Sequence record: OR637327.1
Source: Klebsiella phage iPHaGe-KPN-11i
DNA: 64,000 bases
Reading direction: 5' to 3' (one strand)
Numbering within the stretch: the first letter of the stretch is position 1; the number at the start of each line of letters is the position of its first letter. Under the pieces are notes generated by a model that worked only from the letters and a program-made list of their open reading frames with translations, searched no databases and was not told where the DNA came from. Below are positions 17,341 through 27,488 of this stretch, piece after piece. Both the position numbers and the translations under genes were made by a program.

Positions 17341-19590
17341 ATGAAATTACGTCAGTTAGCACCACAAACCATTCACACAACGGGCTTCGATAAAGGCGAA
17401 CGCACGAAGTTTAAAATGGCTACCAGTGCGAAAACGTTCAAAATCCTGTCATCAACCATCTACAAATACAAGATCCGTGCAATCATTCGCGAGATCTCCT
17501 GTAACGCCATTGATGGACATCTGGTAGCGGGTAACATGAACCCGTTCGATGTTCAGTTGCCAACTGTTCTCGACCCGCGTTTCATCGTCCGTGATTACGG
17601 CACAGGGTTAAGTGACTGGATGGTTAAAGAGGTGTTTACAACCTATTTCGAATCCACCAAAACCGACACCGACGAACTGATCGGGGCGCTGGGACTGGGT
17701 AGCAAATCCCCGTTCTGCTACACCGAAACATTCACTATCGAATCCATCCAGGACGGCGTTAAACGTGCGTACACGGCTTACATGGATAACGGTGAACCTT
17801 TCGTTGACCAAATCTACGAAATCGAAACAGACGAACCTAACGGCGTTCAAATCACCGTTCCGGTTAAAGTCGAAGATATTGCAGAATGGGAACGTGAAGC
17901 GGCGCGTGTTTACGAACCGTTTACGGGCATCCGTCCTCGCTTTATCGGTGTTCAGGTTGATGTAAACTGGCAACCAAAAGAAGCAGACGATCGCGGGATC
18001 ATCCGTTATAAGTCTATCAACTATTCAGGCGTATACGCGCGTATGGGTAACATTTGCTATCCAATCGACATGGACATGTTCGAAAACTCGCTGTTCTACT
18101 GCTACCGTAACAGCAGTTATGCGTATATTCTGGATTTCCCTCTGGGATCGCTGGACTTCATGCCGTCGCGTGAAGAGTTGAGCCTTGATAAAGTCACCAA
18201 AAAAGTAATCATGGATCGACTGGAAAAGATCAACAAACGCTATGACGAAGAGTTAGTTGCGGAGTTCGGCAAGCAGAAAACGACCCGTGATAAAATCGTA
18301 TGGTTCAACAACCTGCCTGGTTTGTTGCAGGGGTTCGTAACCCGTGATAATCGTTTCCGTGTGGGTAAAGATTCACTGGCTGAAATTCTGACGCATCTTA
18401 AAAGCTCTGAGACTGCAACCGGAAAATATGTCTGGGGATTCTGGGCGAACCCATATGACGGGAAAGATTGCGTATATGAGCGCGTTGGATCTGGTCGCCG
18501 TCATGAGAAATACAAAGCAGAAACCACCAAACGCCAGGACGTTATGCGTATTATTCAACCGTGGCGACAGAAGAAACTGTTCATCGTTGAAAATGACAAT
18601 GAAGCGCGTTCACTCCGCCCGTATCTGATCGGTTACTGCATGTTGCATGGTTCGGATCGTATCAGTTTCGTAACCAAAGAGATTAATAGCGATCCGGTTC
18701 AGGACTTGATCAGAACTGGGTACTTCGATGAATCCGAAATCGTTACACTGAAAACCAGTGAATTGACCAAAGAATTCGAAGTATACACCGAAGATCGCAA
18801 ACGCTGGAAATCAACGCGTGAATCATCTTCTGGTGATTATGAATCGCGTCCGAAAACGCCTACTGCATATCATTACTTCCTGGATGATCAGGGCAACTTA
18901 CAGAAAAACGATCTGTACCTGACCAAAGCACAGTTCGTGAATCTGGATGAAATGTACGCAATGCGCCTGTACGGGATTGATGAATATAGCCGACTGGACG
19001 GCGAAGCACCGAACTATTCGTTGGGTAGCATCGCAACCAGTATGATGACCATGTTAAAGGTCACAGGGCTGGAAGGTGTGATGGTTCTGCGAAACTCTCT
19101 GTGGAGTCGCATTCCAGATAGCAACATGAAATGCCTTGATGATTATCTGGTAAAACGTTTTGCGGACGCAGCGAAGAAGATAAAACCTAACTGGTTCCCT
19201 GCATGGATTTCATCAAACCACGGAAGCGAGATCCGAACCCTGCGCGATTCTATGGGCGTAACCCTTGATCGCATGGTTAAAAACCGCTATAATCCAGAAT
19301 TGTATCTGTTGCTCGATTATCTTGATGGTAAGTTTACCTACGATACTATCGAGGGCAAAAACAAATCAAAAACTGTGGTGCGTAACCTGTTACTTCGTGA
19401 AATGTCAACGAAGTATTACAAAATGCGGAAAGATATGAAAGAACGCGTTGATACTGCTTACGATTTATTTGCAGAACGCAACCCATCAATTCATTACATG
19501 TTGTTGCATTCATCTTATTCTACATTCCGCAGTATGTTTAATGATGATAAAATTGTGATGGATTTGGTCAACCTTATACGGTGGAAATAA
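17341..19590 (+). CDS. rIIA: rIIA protein (GHKL ATPase-like N-terminus)
   Basis: At 749 aa it is close to the T4 rIIA length. It has a REISCNAIDG Bergerat-fold motif and sits adjacent to rIIB. Confidence 0.8.
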   Translation: MKLRQLAPQTIHTTGFDKGERTKFKMATSAKTFKILSSTIYKYKIRAIIREISCNAIDGHLVAGNMNPFDVQLPTVLDPRFIVRDYGTGLSDWMVKEVFTTYFESTKTDTDELIGALGLGSKSPFCYTETFTIESIQDGVKRAYTAYMDNGEPFVDQIYEIETDEPNGVQITVPVKVEDIAEWEREAARVYEPFTGIRPRFIGVQVDVNWQPKEADDRGIIRYKSINYSGVYARMGNICYPIDMDMFENSLFYCYRNSSYAYILDFPLGSLDFMPSREELSLDKVTKKVIMDRLEKINKRYDEELVAEFGKQKTTRDKIVWFNNLPGLLQGFVTRDNRFRVGKDSLAEILTHLKSSETATGKYVWGFWANPYDGKDCVYERVGSGRRHEKYKAETTKRQDVMRIIQPWRQKKLFIVENDNEARSLRPYLIGYCMLHGSDRISFVTKEINSDPVQDLIRTGYFDESEIVTLKTSELTKEFEVYTEDRKRWKSTRESSSGDYESRPKTPTAYHYFLDDQGNLQKNDLYLTKAQFVNLDEMYAMRLYGIDEYSRLDGEAPNYSLGSIATSMMTMLKVTGLEGVMVLRNSLWSRIPDSNMKCLDDYLVKRFADAAKKIKPNWFPAWISSNHGSEIRTLRDSMGVTLDRMVKNRYNPELYLLLDYLDGKFTYDTIEGKNKSKTVVRNLLLREMSTKYYKMRKDMKERVDTAYDLFAERNPSIHYMLLHSSYSTFRSMFNDDKIVMDLVNLIRWK

Positions 19591-20489
19591 TGAGAAACGT
19601 TAAGATCCTTGACGATGTACAGAAGAAAGCAGTCTATGAGGGCTTTCTGACCAGCGCAAACAAAACCGCACTGGCTAAACAATTTGGTGTAAGCGTCCGA
19701 ACCATCGGGCGCGTTATTACCGAGCAACACGCTAAGTATAATGTGGAAGCATCTAAACCACTTCCGCAAACAGATGTCAAATCTAAAATGATTGGTTCTG
19801 AATCGTTCATTACTCTGGTACTGGACGGCAAGATCATCACAGCGGATTCGTCACACCCTAACTTCGAAAAAGCACACGCTTTGATGGTTAAGGGCGACAT
19901 CGAGGGAGTTGCTACCCTGTTGGACACAACGCAAGCGTTGAAGATTTACAGCAAAGGCAACATTAAAATCATCGGGCATAAAGTCCTGTACAAAGATATC
20001 GTGTTTGACAGCGGTATCACGCAACGTATCGTTCGTGAAATGTACAATGATCGCCCTTACGAGCACCTGGTGAACTTCTTCGAGAAGTTGATGGAAAACC
20101 CTTCACGCGATGCTGTGTATCAGCTTTACGGGTTCATGGTGCATAACGATATCGAACTGGCAGATGATGGAGATTTCTACGCGTGGAAACGTGTTCGTGA
20201 AGACTTCCGCGATCTGGCTTCTGGTAAGTTCGATAACTCCCCTGGTGTTGTGGTTGAAATGCCACGTAACCAGGTAGACGAGAATAAAAACCGAACCTGT
20301 TCATGCGGTTTGCATGTTGCCGCAAAATCGTACCTTCCTCACTATGGCGGAGGACGTGGGCGAGTCATTCAGGTTAAGGTTAATCCTCGTGATGTTGTAG
20401 CAATCCCGACAGATTACGATAACGCTAAGATGCGCGTATGTCGTTATCAGGTGATGCGTGATGTAACTGTGGGATTCAGTCACTACTAA
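19581..20489 (+). CDS. rIIB: rIIB protein
   Basis: A 302 aa ORF that overlaps the end of rIIA by 10 nt, matching the T4 rIIA-rIIB arrangement. Confidence 0.7.
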   Translation: MEIMRNVKILDDVQKKAVYEGFLTSANKTALAKQFGVSVRTIGRVITEQHAKYNVEASKPLPQTDVKSKMIGSESFITLVLDGKIITADSSHPNFEKAHALMVKGDIEGVATLLDTTQALKIYSKGNIKIIGHKVLYKDIVFDSGITQRIVREMYNDRPYEHLVNFFEKLMENPSRDAVYQLYGFMVHNDIELADDGDFYAWKRVREDFRDLASGKFDNSPGVVVEMPRNQVDENKNRTCSCGLHVAAKSYLPHYGGGRGRVIQVKVNPRDVVAIPTDYDNAKMRVCRYQVMRDVTVGFSHY

Positions 20490-20534
20490 CCCCAAAACAG
20501 CGCCTGGAGCGATTCAGGCGCAGAGGATTCGATT

Positions 20535-20948
20535 ATGAAATTCCTACGAAGCATTCCTGACTACTGGCAGAACTTGAGCGGGGCAGAAACAGCCATTAAA
20601 ACCGCTAAAGAACTCTGGAACGGCGGTAAAGTTACCGCTGGACGTACAGAAGACGGCGAACAGACATACTTCAAAAAACCTTACGGTATTATTGCAGCAG
20701 CCCTTGCATTTAATCTGGGTTATGTTATGCTGGTACTCGCAACGGTTCAGAAGTGGGTAGAGATACCGATGAAATGGATCGGGACGTTAACGATTCGCTT
20801 AGTTCGTTTACTGTTCGGATCGACGATCTTGATTTTGTCATGCCCTATCTTCTTGCTGGCACTGACTATGAATATGAAAACTGGTGTAAACACCAAATTC
20901 GGAAATTTACTGGTAACGAAAAATGAAAAGAATTCTGACAAGGCTTGA
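20535..20948 (+). CDS. membrane hypothetical protein
   Basis: A 137 aa ORF with several TM segments. Confidence 0.45.
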   Translation: MKFLRSIPDYWQNLSGAETAIKTAKELWNGGKVTAGRTEDGEQTYFKKPYGIIAAALAFNLGYVMLVLATVQKWVEIPMKWIGTLTIRLVRLLFGSTILILSCPIFLLALTMNMKTGVNTKFGNLLVTKNEKNSDKA

Positions 20949-21360
20949 CATCCACAAATATGCTGTTAAGATAGGTGACATGAAGCGCGGTGACTTCACC
21001 AAGTTCGAAGGGGTTGACCTGAAAGAACACGGCTTCTACCTGGTAGTTGATGATAAAACGGGTAAGGTAGTATTCCGATTCTACGTAGCCCCAAATCAAC
21101 GCCGTAAGACTGGCGCAAACCGTACTCTGTTACGTATCAAACGCCGCGAACATGAACCATCAGCGATGGTTGCTTTACTGGATAGTGCTTCTCTATACTT
21201 CGTTGCACACGATAAGATTAAAAACCTCTTTGGTTTCTCAAATCTTACTGGTACAATAGCGGAAAGCGCGATTCAGATGCGGTTCGGGGATGGTGAGAAC
21301 TACACTGAATACAACCGCGCACTGAATGATCTGTTTGACTTTGAATTCCAACCATACTAA
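20923..21360 (+). CDS. ndd: nucleoid disruption protein Ndd-like
   Basis: GFYLVVDDKTG..FRFYVAPNQRRKTG matches the T4 Ndd core. Its position after rIIB matches T4. Confidence 0.6.
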   Translation: MKRILTRLDIHKYAVKIGDMKRGDFTKFEGVDLKEHGFYLVVDDKTGKVVFRFYVAPNQRRKTGANRTLLRIKRREHEPSAMVALLDSASLYFVAHDKIKNLFGFSNLTGTIAESAIQMRFGDGENYTEYNRALNDLFDFEFQPY

Positions 21361-21368
21361 TTGAGATA

Positions 21369-21623
21369 ATGAATATGAAACTGTTTTCCAAAATCCGTTC
21401 TGTAGACGAAATCGTAGCAACTTTTGACAAAACCCTGACCGAACTCGAAGCGCGTATTGCTCACGATAACGAACAGGTCGCACAGGTAGCAGCAGACCGC
21501 AAAGCAGCGGAAGAAGAACATCAGCGTAAGCTGGCTGAACTGGCTACCAAAGAAAGCGATCATACCGCAAGCGCAACACGCGCCGGACGTATCGCGGATA
21601 AAATCCGCAAACTGCTGGATTAA
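21369..21623 (+). CDS. coiled-coil hypothetical protein
   Basis: An 84 aa ORF. Confidence 0.45.
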   Translation: MNMKLFSKIRSVDEIVATFDKTLTELEARIAHDNEQVAQVAADRKAAEEEHQRKLAELATKESDHTASATRAGRIADKIRKLLD

Positions 21624-21667
21624 TTATCTAAAATGGGGCTGAAAAGCCCCAATAAGGAAAATAATAT

Positions 21668-21898
21668 ATGTTTGTAATTTCTTCGTACTATGATTCACGT
21701 CAACGAGTATCGTTGTCTTCTATTTCCAAAGCACCAAAAGATATAGATGACTTCGGATTGCTTAACTTTGTCAAAAAAGAAATCGACCGCGTTGTTCCAG
21801 AAAAATACAGAATTGTTAAAGGATCTGATAGCTTAACTATCGTAAAACTGTATGGCGAAGTCAGTATTCAACATCATGTGCCATTATATCCTCGATGA
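21668..21898 (+). CDS. hypothetical protein
   Basis: A 76 aa ORF. Confidence 0.45.
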   Translation: MFVISSYYDSRQRVSLSSISKAPKDIDDFGLLNFVKKEIDRVVPEKYRIVKGSDSLTIVKLYGEVSIQHHVPLYPR

Positions 21899-22032
21899 AC
21901 AACCTGGTAGCGAAACATGCCTGGATTAACCGCGCTTCTACTCACCGCGATCGCAAGCGAGCACTTAAAGAAGCAAAACGTAAACAGAAACATAAAGGTA
22001 AGTGTGATGAAAACCGCTTTGATTATTCTTGA
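21895..22032 (+). CDS. small basic ORF (45 aa), ATGA-coupled
   Basis: It is below the ORF-track cutoff and fills the gap between flanking genes. Confidence 0.3.
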   Translation: MNNLVAKHAWINRASTHRDRKRALKEAKRKQKHKGKCDENRFDYS

Positions 22033-22336
22033 GGAAATCCCAGAAAACACGGGGTTGTATCTCGTTGAAGCCGACGAAGATATCATTGAAATCCTCAAAA
22101 CCGCTCACGGGCATTATGTGAACGGATGCAACAACACCCCAGAACAGGAACATGCTGTCAATATCGTTAACCTCATGTTAGGGCCGCGTACAGATGACAA
22201 CCTGGCATGGGCGAGTGAATCCAACATTCCTCATGAGTATGTCGGGATGTATTATCAGTGCAACGTTGACGATAAAGCGCCACTGATACCGGAAAAACAG
22301 ATCGATTTAGTAGTTCGAACAGGTTTCTTCTTATGA
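22007..22336 (+). CDS. hypothetical protein
   Basis: An internal ATG with an aaaggtaagtgtgATG RBS. The ORF-track start at 21917 lacks an RBS. Confidence 0.45.
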   Translation: MKTALIILEEIPENTGLYLVEADEDIIEILKTAHGHYVNGCNNTPEQEHAVNIVNLMLGPRTDDNLAWASESNIPHEYVGMYYQCNVDDKAPLIPEKQIDLVVRTGFFL

Positions 22337-22560
22337 GTTCACAAATTCTGTTCAGCAAAGAAGATCCATTAGGCACAGATTCATCGGTGCAGCGCTTATT
22401 CTGGCACATGGATTATACAAAAAATCGTTGTCGTAACCCAAACAATACATGGGGAAGCAACGAAGACATTGATAAAGCAAAAATTTATCCTCGCGGAAAA
22501 GCATACTGGAAAATTTTTGATATCCATCTTCATAAAGTTATGAAAGATTCGAACGCATGA
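22333..22560 (+). CDS. hypothetical protein
   Basis: A 75 aa ORF. Confidence 0.45.
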   Translation: MSSQILFSKEDPLGTDSSVQRLFWHMDYTKNRCRNPNNTWGSNEDIDKAKIYPRGKAYWKIFDIHLHKVMKDSNA

Positions 22561-22626
22561 TAAAAAGCCCTTGACTTCGGTTGAGGGCTTTTGTTATATT
22601 GGCTTTGTCGAAACGAAACCACTAAG
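22561..22626 (+). promoter_or_regulatory. PeSL-type cassette plus conserved leader
   Basis: The hairpin gcccttgac-ttcg-gttgagggc is followed by a T run. The -35 TTGACT is followed by an 18 nt spacer and a -10 TATATT. The leader tgtcgaaacgaaaccac follows. Confidence 0.55.
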
Positions 22627-22636
22627 GAGATTCACC

Positions 22637-23437
22637 ATGACTAACCTGACTAAAGTTACCGCGACATACTTCATTTCTTCTGGCGCTAAAAATGCTATGT
22701 ACACCCTGCGTGTAGAGCGTCGTGGAGGTGAATTTACTTCTGATAACTATATCTGCAACCTGTCTACTGACCCAGATAAAGCGGAAGCGAAAGCGCGTGA
22801 ATACTTCGATCGCATGGTGGATCGTCTTAACCAGACCGATACTTTCCAGATGGTGTTCCAGGGCTTCGCAGATTTCGATCTGTTCGAACGTCGCGGTAAA
22901 CTGTCTGTACAGGATACCGAAAATCTGGAACTGTTGGAGAATGGCATCATGCCAATCGGCAAGCGTAAAGGTGAAGTGATTGCTGATATGCCGATGTATA
23001 CTATTCTGTGGTGGGCTGATCAGTGCAAAGAAAACGGCAACGATAGCCCAGTATTTCAGGCTATTTGCTCTTACTGCATGGGCGTAGCGCTGGAGAAGGA
23101 TTACATCGCTAAACGTGAAGAGATCCGCGCAGAATGGGAAGCAGAGCGCCAGGCGAAGATCGCAGCAGCGCAGCACATCGGGGAAATCGGTAAGCGTATG
23201 GAAATGAGCGGGGTTGTTGAGAAAGTGATTTCTCTCGGATATACCCAAGTTTCTTATTACACCGAAGTGGAACGTTTCATGACCAAAATCAACGTAGATG
23301 GTAACGTGGTTATCTACTACGGTAACAAAATTGTTGAAGAGGGTGATGTGATTCGCTTCAAAGCGACACCTAAACTTCACAACGAATACAAAGAAGTTAA
23401 ACAAACAATCGTTCAGCGAGTAAAGGTATTAGAATGA
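22637..23437 (+). CDS. hypothetical protein (266 aa)
   Basis: An internal ATG with a strong RBS (aaggagattcaccATG). Confidence 0.55.
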   Translation: MTNLTKVTATYFISSGAKNAMYTLRVERRGGEFTSDNYICNLSTDPDKAEAKAREYFDRMVDRLNQTDTFQMVFQGFADFDLFERRGKLSVQDTENLELLENGIMPIGKRKGEVIADMPMYTILWWADQCKENGNDSPVFQAICSYCMGVALEKDYIAKREEIRAEWEAERQAKIAAAQHIGEIGKRMEMSGVVEKVISLGYTQVSYYTEVERFMTKINVDGNVVIYYGNKIVEEGDVIRFKATPKLHNEYKEVKQTIVQRVKVLE

Positions 23438-23715
23438 CTTACGAAGAAATGTTAAACGAAGTGTGCGCGGGTAAAACCGCGTACCGTCCAATTAACCCAG
23501 ATATGATCGTGTTCCGCGAAGGGGATACGATCATTCGACGTTCTCACCGTAAGGTTGAGATTAACCAGGTATTCATTGCCAGTGTTGAAGAACAGAAAGC
23601 AACCGACTGGGATATAGTTGCAGAAGATGATAACCACGACGAACTTGACCTGATCTTAGTCATACGTCCGTACATTTACCACAATCAATTCAGAGGCGAA
23701 GTGATTCTATCATGA
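23434..23715 (+). CDS. hypothetical protein
   Basis: A 93 aa ORF. Confidence 0.45.
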   Translation: MTYEEMLNEVCAGKTAYRPINPDMIVFREGDTIIRRSHRKVEINQVFIASVEEQKATDWDIVAEDDNHDELDLILVIRPYIYHNQFRGEVILS

Positions 23716-23987
23716 CACACGACGAAGCCATGAAAGCCGCTACACGCGGTTTTAAAGTCGCCCCTGTGGGTAAGGCTGGGTTCTTTGTATATCACAGCGT
23801 AGAGGCTGGTTTCCGGCGAATTACGATAGGGAACGTTGGATACTGGAACGATGAATATGTTCCGACACCTTACGAACTTATGCGCGTATGGGACATATAC
23901 GATAAAAGCCCGATGACGAAAGTAAAAGATTTCATCAATCGGGCTTTGAGTAGTTTGAAACTGAAATTATCATCGAATCCTGCCTAA
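23712..23987 (+). CDS. hypothetical protein
   Basis: A 91 aa ORF whose 3-prime end overlaps the convergent holin gene by 18 nt. Confidence 0.45.
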   Translation: MTHDEAMKAATRGFKVAPVGKAGFFVYHSVEAGFRRITIGNVGYWNDEYVPTPYELMRVWDIYDKSPMTKVKDFINRALSSLKLKLSSNPA

Positions 23988-24614
23988 AATTCTTGCGGCC
24001 TGATTGCACACGATCATTAACTTCGTATCGACGACTTCGGGCTTCTGTATATACCATTCCATTAGAATCGATCCAGAATAATAGTTTTCGAGATTGAAAT
24101 AAGGACAACTAAAGGTATATGCTACCGGAACAAGGTTTTTTGTTGGAAGATACGGGCTTGCAATATCTGAGATATAGTACAGCCCGTTTATATGTCTATT
24201 ATACTCTTCCGATGTCTTGTCTATAGGATAGCCACCCAGATTTTTCGGGTTAATCTGTTGCGGTAACTTCCCTTCATACGCAATTATATCAACAAAATAA
24301 TTGACATTCTTAGGTCTGAACCCAAAGATTGCCGAAAAATCCGCACCCGTAGTTAAATGCACTATGTTTAACTGTTCGATGGATGCGGATTCAAACTTTT
24401 TTGCCTTTTCAATATCCATCGTCGGCACGTCTATAACGCTTGAAGATGTTTTCCAGACTGAAAATAAGTCATCCCACTTGTACCATGTTACAAACATAAT
24501 GAAAATAGTGACGATAAGAACCAATTTAATGAATAACTGTTTCCATGTTTTGACCGCCATGATGAACGATATTACCCGTTCAAGCACCGCCAATTTATCT
24601 TGTAATAGCGACAT
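23970..24614 (-). CDS. t: holin (T4 t-like)
   Basis: It is colinear with T4 T, sharing EQLxIVHxxxxADFSAxxxFRPKNxNYFVDIIAYEGKLP and CPYFNLxNxYxGxIxM. It has one N-terminal TM helix and a large periplasmic domain. Confidence 0.85.
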   Translation of the reverse strand: MSLLQDKLAVLERVISFIMAVKTWKQLFIKLVLIVTIFIMFVTWYKWDDLFSVWKTSSSVIDVPTMDIEKAKKFESASIEQLNIVHLTTGADFSAIFGFRPKNVNYFVDIIAYEGKLPQQINPKNLGGYPIDKTSEEYNRHINGLYYISDIASPYLPTKNLVPVAYTFSCPYFNLENYYSGSILMEWYIQKPEVVDTKLMIVCNQAARILGRIR

Positions 24615-24667
24615 GTTTAATCCTCAAGTTCGGGGATGCCGACCCCCGAACATATTTAGGAATTTAC

Positions 24668-25186
24668 TTAACGTTGAGTAACCAAACCAGAACGGTTTTG
24701 GCCTACACGGGCGTTTAGATAGTCATACCATGCGGTTGTTTGACCAGAAGAGATCTGATATTGACGATATCCGTCATGAACACGACCGTTATTATTGAAA
24801 TCAAATACGCCTCCGTCATCCATAGTAAGCCGTAAGTTAACAGCAGGGCCGTTTTGGATGGTGATTACGCTAATATCCGGGCCTGATTGCGCAGAAACTA
24901 CAGTACCGAACGCATTACCATTAAAACTACCACCGACCGCAGGATAACCAGAAGGTTTTGAATATGGCGAGTACCAACCAACCCCCCACTGACCACGATA
25001 ACGGGCGTTGTTATAGTAACGCTCATACACTGTAAAGTTGATGTTATAAACGGACTGACCCGCCATTCTGGACATCCAGAAGGGTAAACCGATTCGAACG
25101 GCATTACCAGCAGCAGACATCCACCGTTGTCCTGTTTCACCGACCGCAGACGATCCGATCCACCCAGGAACTCCTACAATAGCCAT
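24668..25186 (-). CDS. 38: gp38-type tail-fibre adhesin/assembly protein with a non-canonical C-terminus
   Basis: The N-terminal MAIVGVPGWIGSSAVGETGQRWMS matches the T2-type gp38 attachment domain. The C-terminal half is rich in Y/G/N/Q but lacks poly-Gly GRM motifs. Confidence 0.65.
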   Translation of the reverse strand: MAIVGVPGWIGSSAVGETGQRWMSAAGNAVRIGLPFWMSRMAGQSVYNINFTVYERYYNNARYRGQWGVGWYSPYSKPSGYPAVGGSFNGNAFGTVVSAQSGPDISVITIQNGPAVNLRLTMDDGGVFDFNNNGRVHDGYRQYQISSGQTTAWYDYLNARVGQNRSGLVTQR

Positions 25187-25212
25187 AAAAATACCTCATG
25201 AAAGAGGGGCAA

Positions 25213-27426
25213 TTAAGCCCCTAATTTGTTTTCGATTACTTCCAGACGTTCGCGGATTTCATTGATTGCGTTCACCAGAAGCGCGTTAATTGCAGACGGG
25301 GAGATCGTCAACATACCAGTATCGCGGTCTTCGCGTACTGCTTCCGGTAATACCTTTTCGACATCCTGAGCAATAAGACCGGATTCACGATGATATACGA
25401 TATCGTCTGCATCCTTAGATTGTTTATCGTAGATATAACCTTTAAGCTGTTCGACTTTTCTTAATGAATCTTTCAATTCAACAAGATTAGATTTCAGTCG
25501 AATATCGGAACGGATATAAACATCGTTAAAGTTAGCGTTACCTTCGATATACAGACCACGGTTCATGTATGTATCACCAGCACGTAATACTATAGCAGTA
25601 TTCAACCGATAGTTATGCATAGTTACTTCTTCATCAGCGCCACCAAATCCTATATACATGCCGTTGTTACCTGCTTTTTGAATAAGCATGTAACACGACG
25701 AGTTTATTGCTGGCCCATTCAATACCAACGCTGGCCCATCGGTATTTTGAACATAGAAACGCTTATATGATTGCGCAGAACCACCATCATTTGCTGTCCA
25801 ACGCATGATACGCTGGCTGTTAGAATAAGCATCAAGATAACCGTCACCTTCCTGTCGGAATCCGGTATCGTCATCACCCAAACAAATAGCGTTTCCGCCT
25901 AAACCGTTCCGAGTACCACAACCAAGACCACTGTTAAACCTTGCGGAACCAGGAACAACAAGACCTTGAGAGCCGACCGTTACCTGTCCGTTACTGTTGT
26001 CGACCTGGAAAGGTCGATGCCCATTCCAACCACCATACGGATCTCCCGAATTAGTCAACAGGAAATATGTGTTCGCGCCATCGTTTCGAATAAAGAACCC
26101 ATAGTTTCCAGCAACCGCGCGGAATTGACCACCGCCACCAGGAGATGCACTTTGAATCTCCGCACGGGCGCGAACATAACCATCGGTTGAAACCTGTAAT
26201 TCCTCTTCTTGGTCAGCAGAACCTGTTGCCAGTCTCCACAAACCACCCTGAACAGTTTCATGCCAGATAATGTCTCCGTTACCGCCACGGAACTGACGCA
26301 AATAGTTTTTAGCACCAGTTGTTCCGCCAGATAAGAAATATTGCGCTGGGATATTCTGAGGAACATCATTATAATATGATTGAACGTTGATGCTAATACC
26401 GCCTTTAGTGTTGATAAACAAACCACCAGTACCACGAATATAATGATTATATAGTCCATTGCTATCTTTATAACCAAAGTGAGTAGCACCATCACCAACC
26501 GCGTTTCCATCACCGCTTGTATCAACACGAAGAATTGATGTGTTCGCCCCTTGTGTAGCGTAATCAGCCCCAACATTCATTCTGCCATTAAACGTCGCCT
26601 GGCCTGTAAATGTTGAAAGACCAGGAACGGTTAGATGGTTTGCGAGAAGCAAAGTTCCATCAGAAGCAAAACGACTTGCATAAGCACCACCACCAGATCG
26701 AACATACACGTTCTTCCCTGTATCTGCATAAATCAAACCAAGTTCGTTACCCGCAGAATCCTGGAAAAACAGGTTTCGGTTTCCGTCGCCTTTTGTGATC
26801 AGTTGGGTTCCTGTTAAGTCACCAATGACCTTTGTACTCATACCAACGTTTAACGAAGCACCGGAAAGGTTAATTGAACCATCCCAGCCATTAAGCCCAA
26901 TCTGAGCGCGTAGAATGCCCGTAGCGCCTGTTGTCTTGTTTGGTGCATCATATGCTTGCAGTTCGATAGAACCCGCCCCAGTAGTTGCCTGGTGCGATAA
27001 TAGAGCAGCAAGGTTAGCACCGCCAGCAGGATCGGAAGTATTCGATTTTGTGTTGACAAACAAAGTAAACGTGCGCGTATGCTGTGACGGGAACGGATTT
27101 GTAACCGCGTTGTTATCTGAACGAGTAGTTAACAGATAAGGAGCATTCCCCGCAGTATCAGCAACCAGGTTAATACGACGAGGAACCGTTAACTGGGTGT
27201 TGTTCTTTAATGTCAGATTACCCGTCATTTCGTCGCCAGCTTTCTTCACCTGTGCATCATTCGTTACGTTGCCTAATCCGATTTCTGCCTTTGTTGGCTT
27301 ATCGTTTTCGGTGTATACTTTATAGCCTTTGTATGTGATTGTGTTTCCAGAAGGGAGCAAAGGCAAGTTAGCCTGACTCCAGATAGTATTACCGCCAACG
27401 GTAGTACCTGCTTTTAAATCTGCCAT
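25213..27426 (-). CDS. 37: distal long tail fibre protein B (gp36-like N-terminus fused to a gp37-like shaft, with a C-terminal S74 intramolecular chaperone)
   Basis: It has an N-terminal MADLKAGTTVGGNTIW (gp36-type), a KNYLRQFRGGNGDIIWHETVQGG patch shared with gp34 and gp37, and a C-terminal DVYIRSDIRLKSN...GLIAQDVEKVLPEAV auto-cleaving chaperone domain. A late promoter TATAAATA lies upstream. Confidence 0.8.
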   Translation of the reverse strand: MADLKAGTTVGGNTIWSQANLPLLPSGNTITYKGYKVYTENDKPTKAEIGLGNVTNDAQVKKAGDEMTGNLTLKNNTQLTVPRRINLVADTAGNAPYLLTTRSDNNAVTNPFPSQHTRTFTLFVNTKSNTSDPAGGANLAALLSHQATTGAGSIELQAYDAPNKTTGATGILRAQIGLNGWDGSINLSGASLNVGMSTKVIGDLTGTQLITKGDGNRNLFFQDSAGNELGLIYADTGKNVYVRSGGGAYASRFASDGTLLLANHLTVPGLSTFTGQATFNGRMNVGADYATQGANTSILRVDTSGDGNAVGDGATHFGYKDSNGLYNHYIRGTGGLFINTKGGISINVQSYYNDVPQNIPAQYFLSGGTTGAKNYLRQFRGGNGDIIWHETVQGGLWRLATGSADQEEELQVSTDGYVRARAEIQSASPGGGGQFRAVAGNYGFFIRNDGANTYFLLTNSGDPYGGWNGHRPFQVDNSNGQVTVGSQGLVVPGSARFNSGLGCGTRNGLGGNAICLGDDDTGFRQEGDGYLDAYSNSQRIMRWTANDGGSAQSYKRFYVQNTDGPALVLNGPAINSSCYMLIQKAGNNGMYIGFGGADEEVTMHNYRLNTAIVLRAGDTYMNRGLYIEGNANFNDVYIRSDIRLKSNLVELKDSLRKVEQLKGYIYDKQSKDADDIVYHRESGLIAQDVEKVLPEAVREDRDTGMLTISPSAINALLVNAINEIRERLEVIENKLGA

Positions 27427-27452
27427 TATTAGATCCTCAAATGCTTTTATGA

Positions 27453-27460
27453 TATTTATA
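27453..27460 (-). promoter_or_regulatory. T4-type late promoter TATAAATA
   Basis: A perfect 8-mer on the - strand about 27 nt upstream of the fibre B ATG. It is preceded by the fibre A terminator hairpin (27466-27487). Confidence 0.7.
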
Positions 27461-27488
27461 AAAAGAAAAAGCCCCGAAGGGCTTTTAA

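Noticed and set aside
21917-22336. The full-length 139 aa ORF as annotated in the track
   Set aside because: The first 30 codons lack an RBS and overlap a better-placed 45 aa coupled ORF. The internal ATG at 22007 has an RBS and is the preferred start.
22622-23404. A 260 aa ORF on the - strand opposite the 266 aa + strand gene
   Set aside because: The + strand ORF has a strong RBS, a PeSL promoter and the conserved leader. The antisense ORF has none of these.
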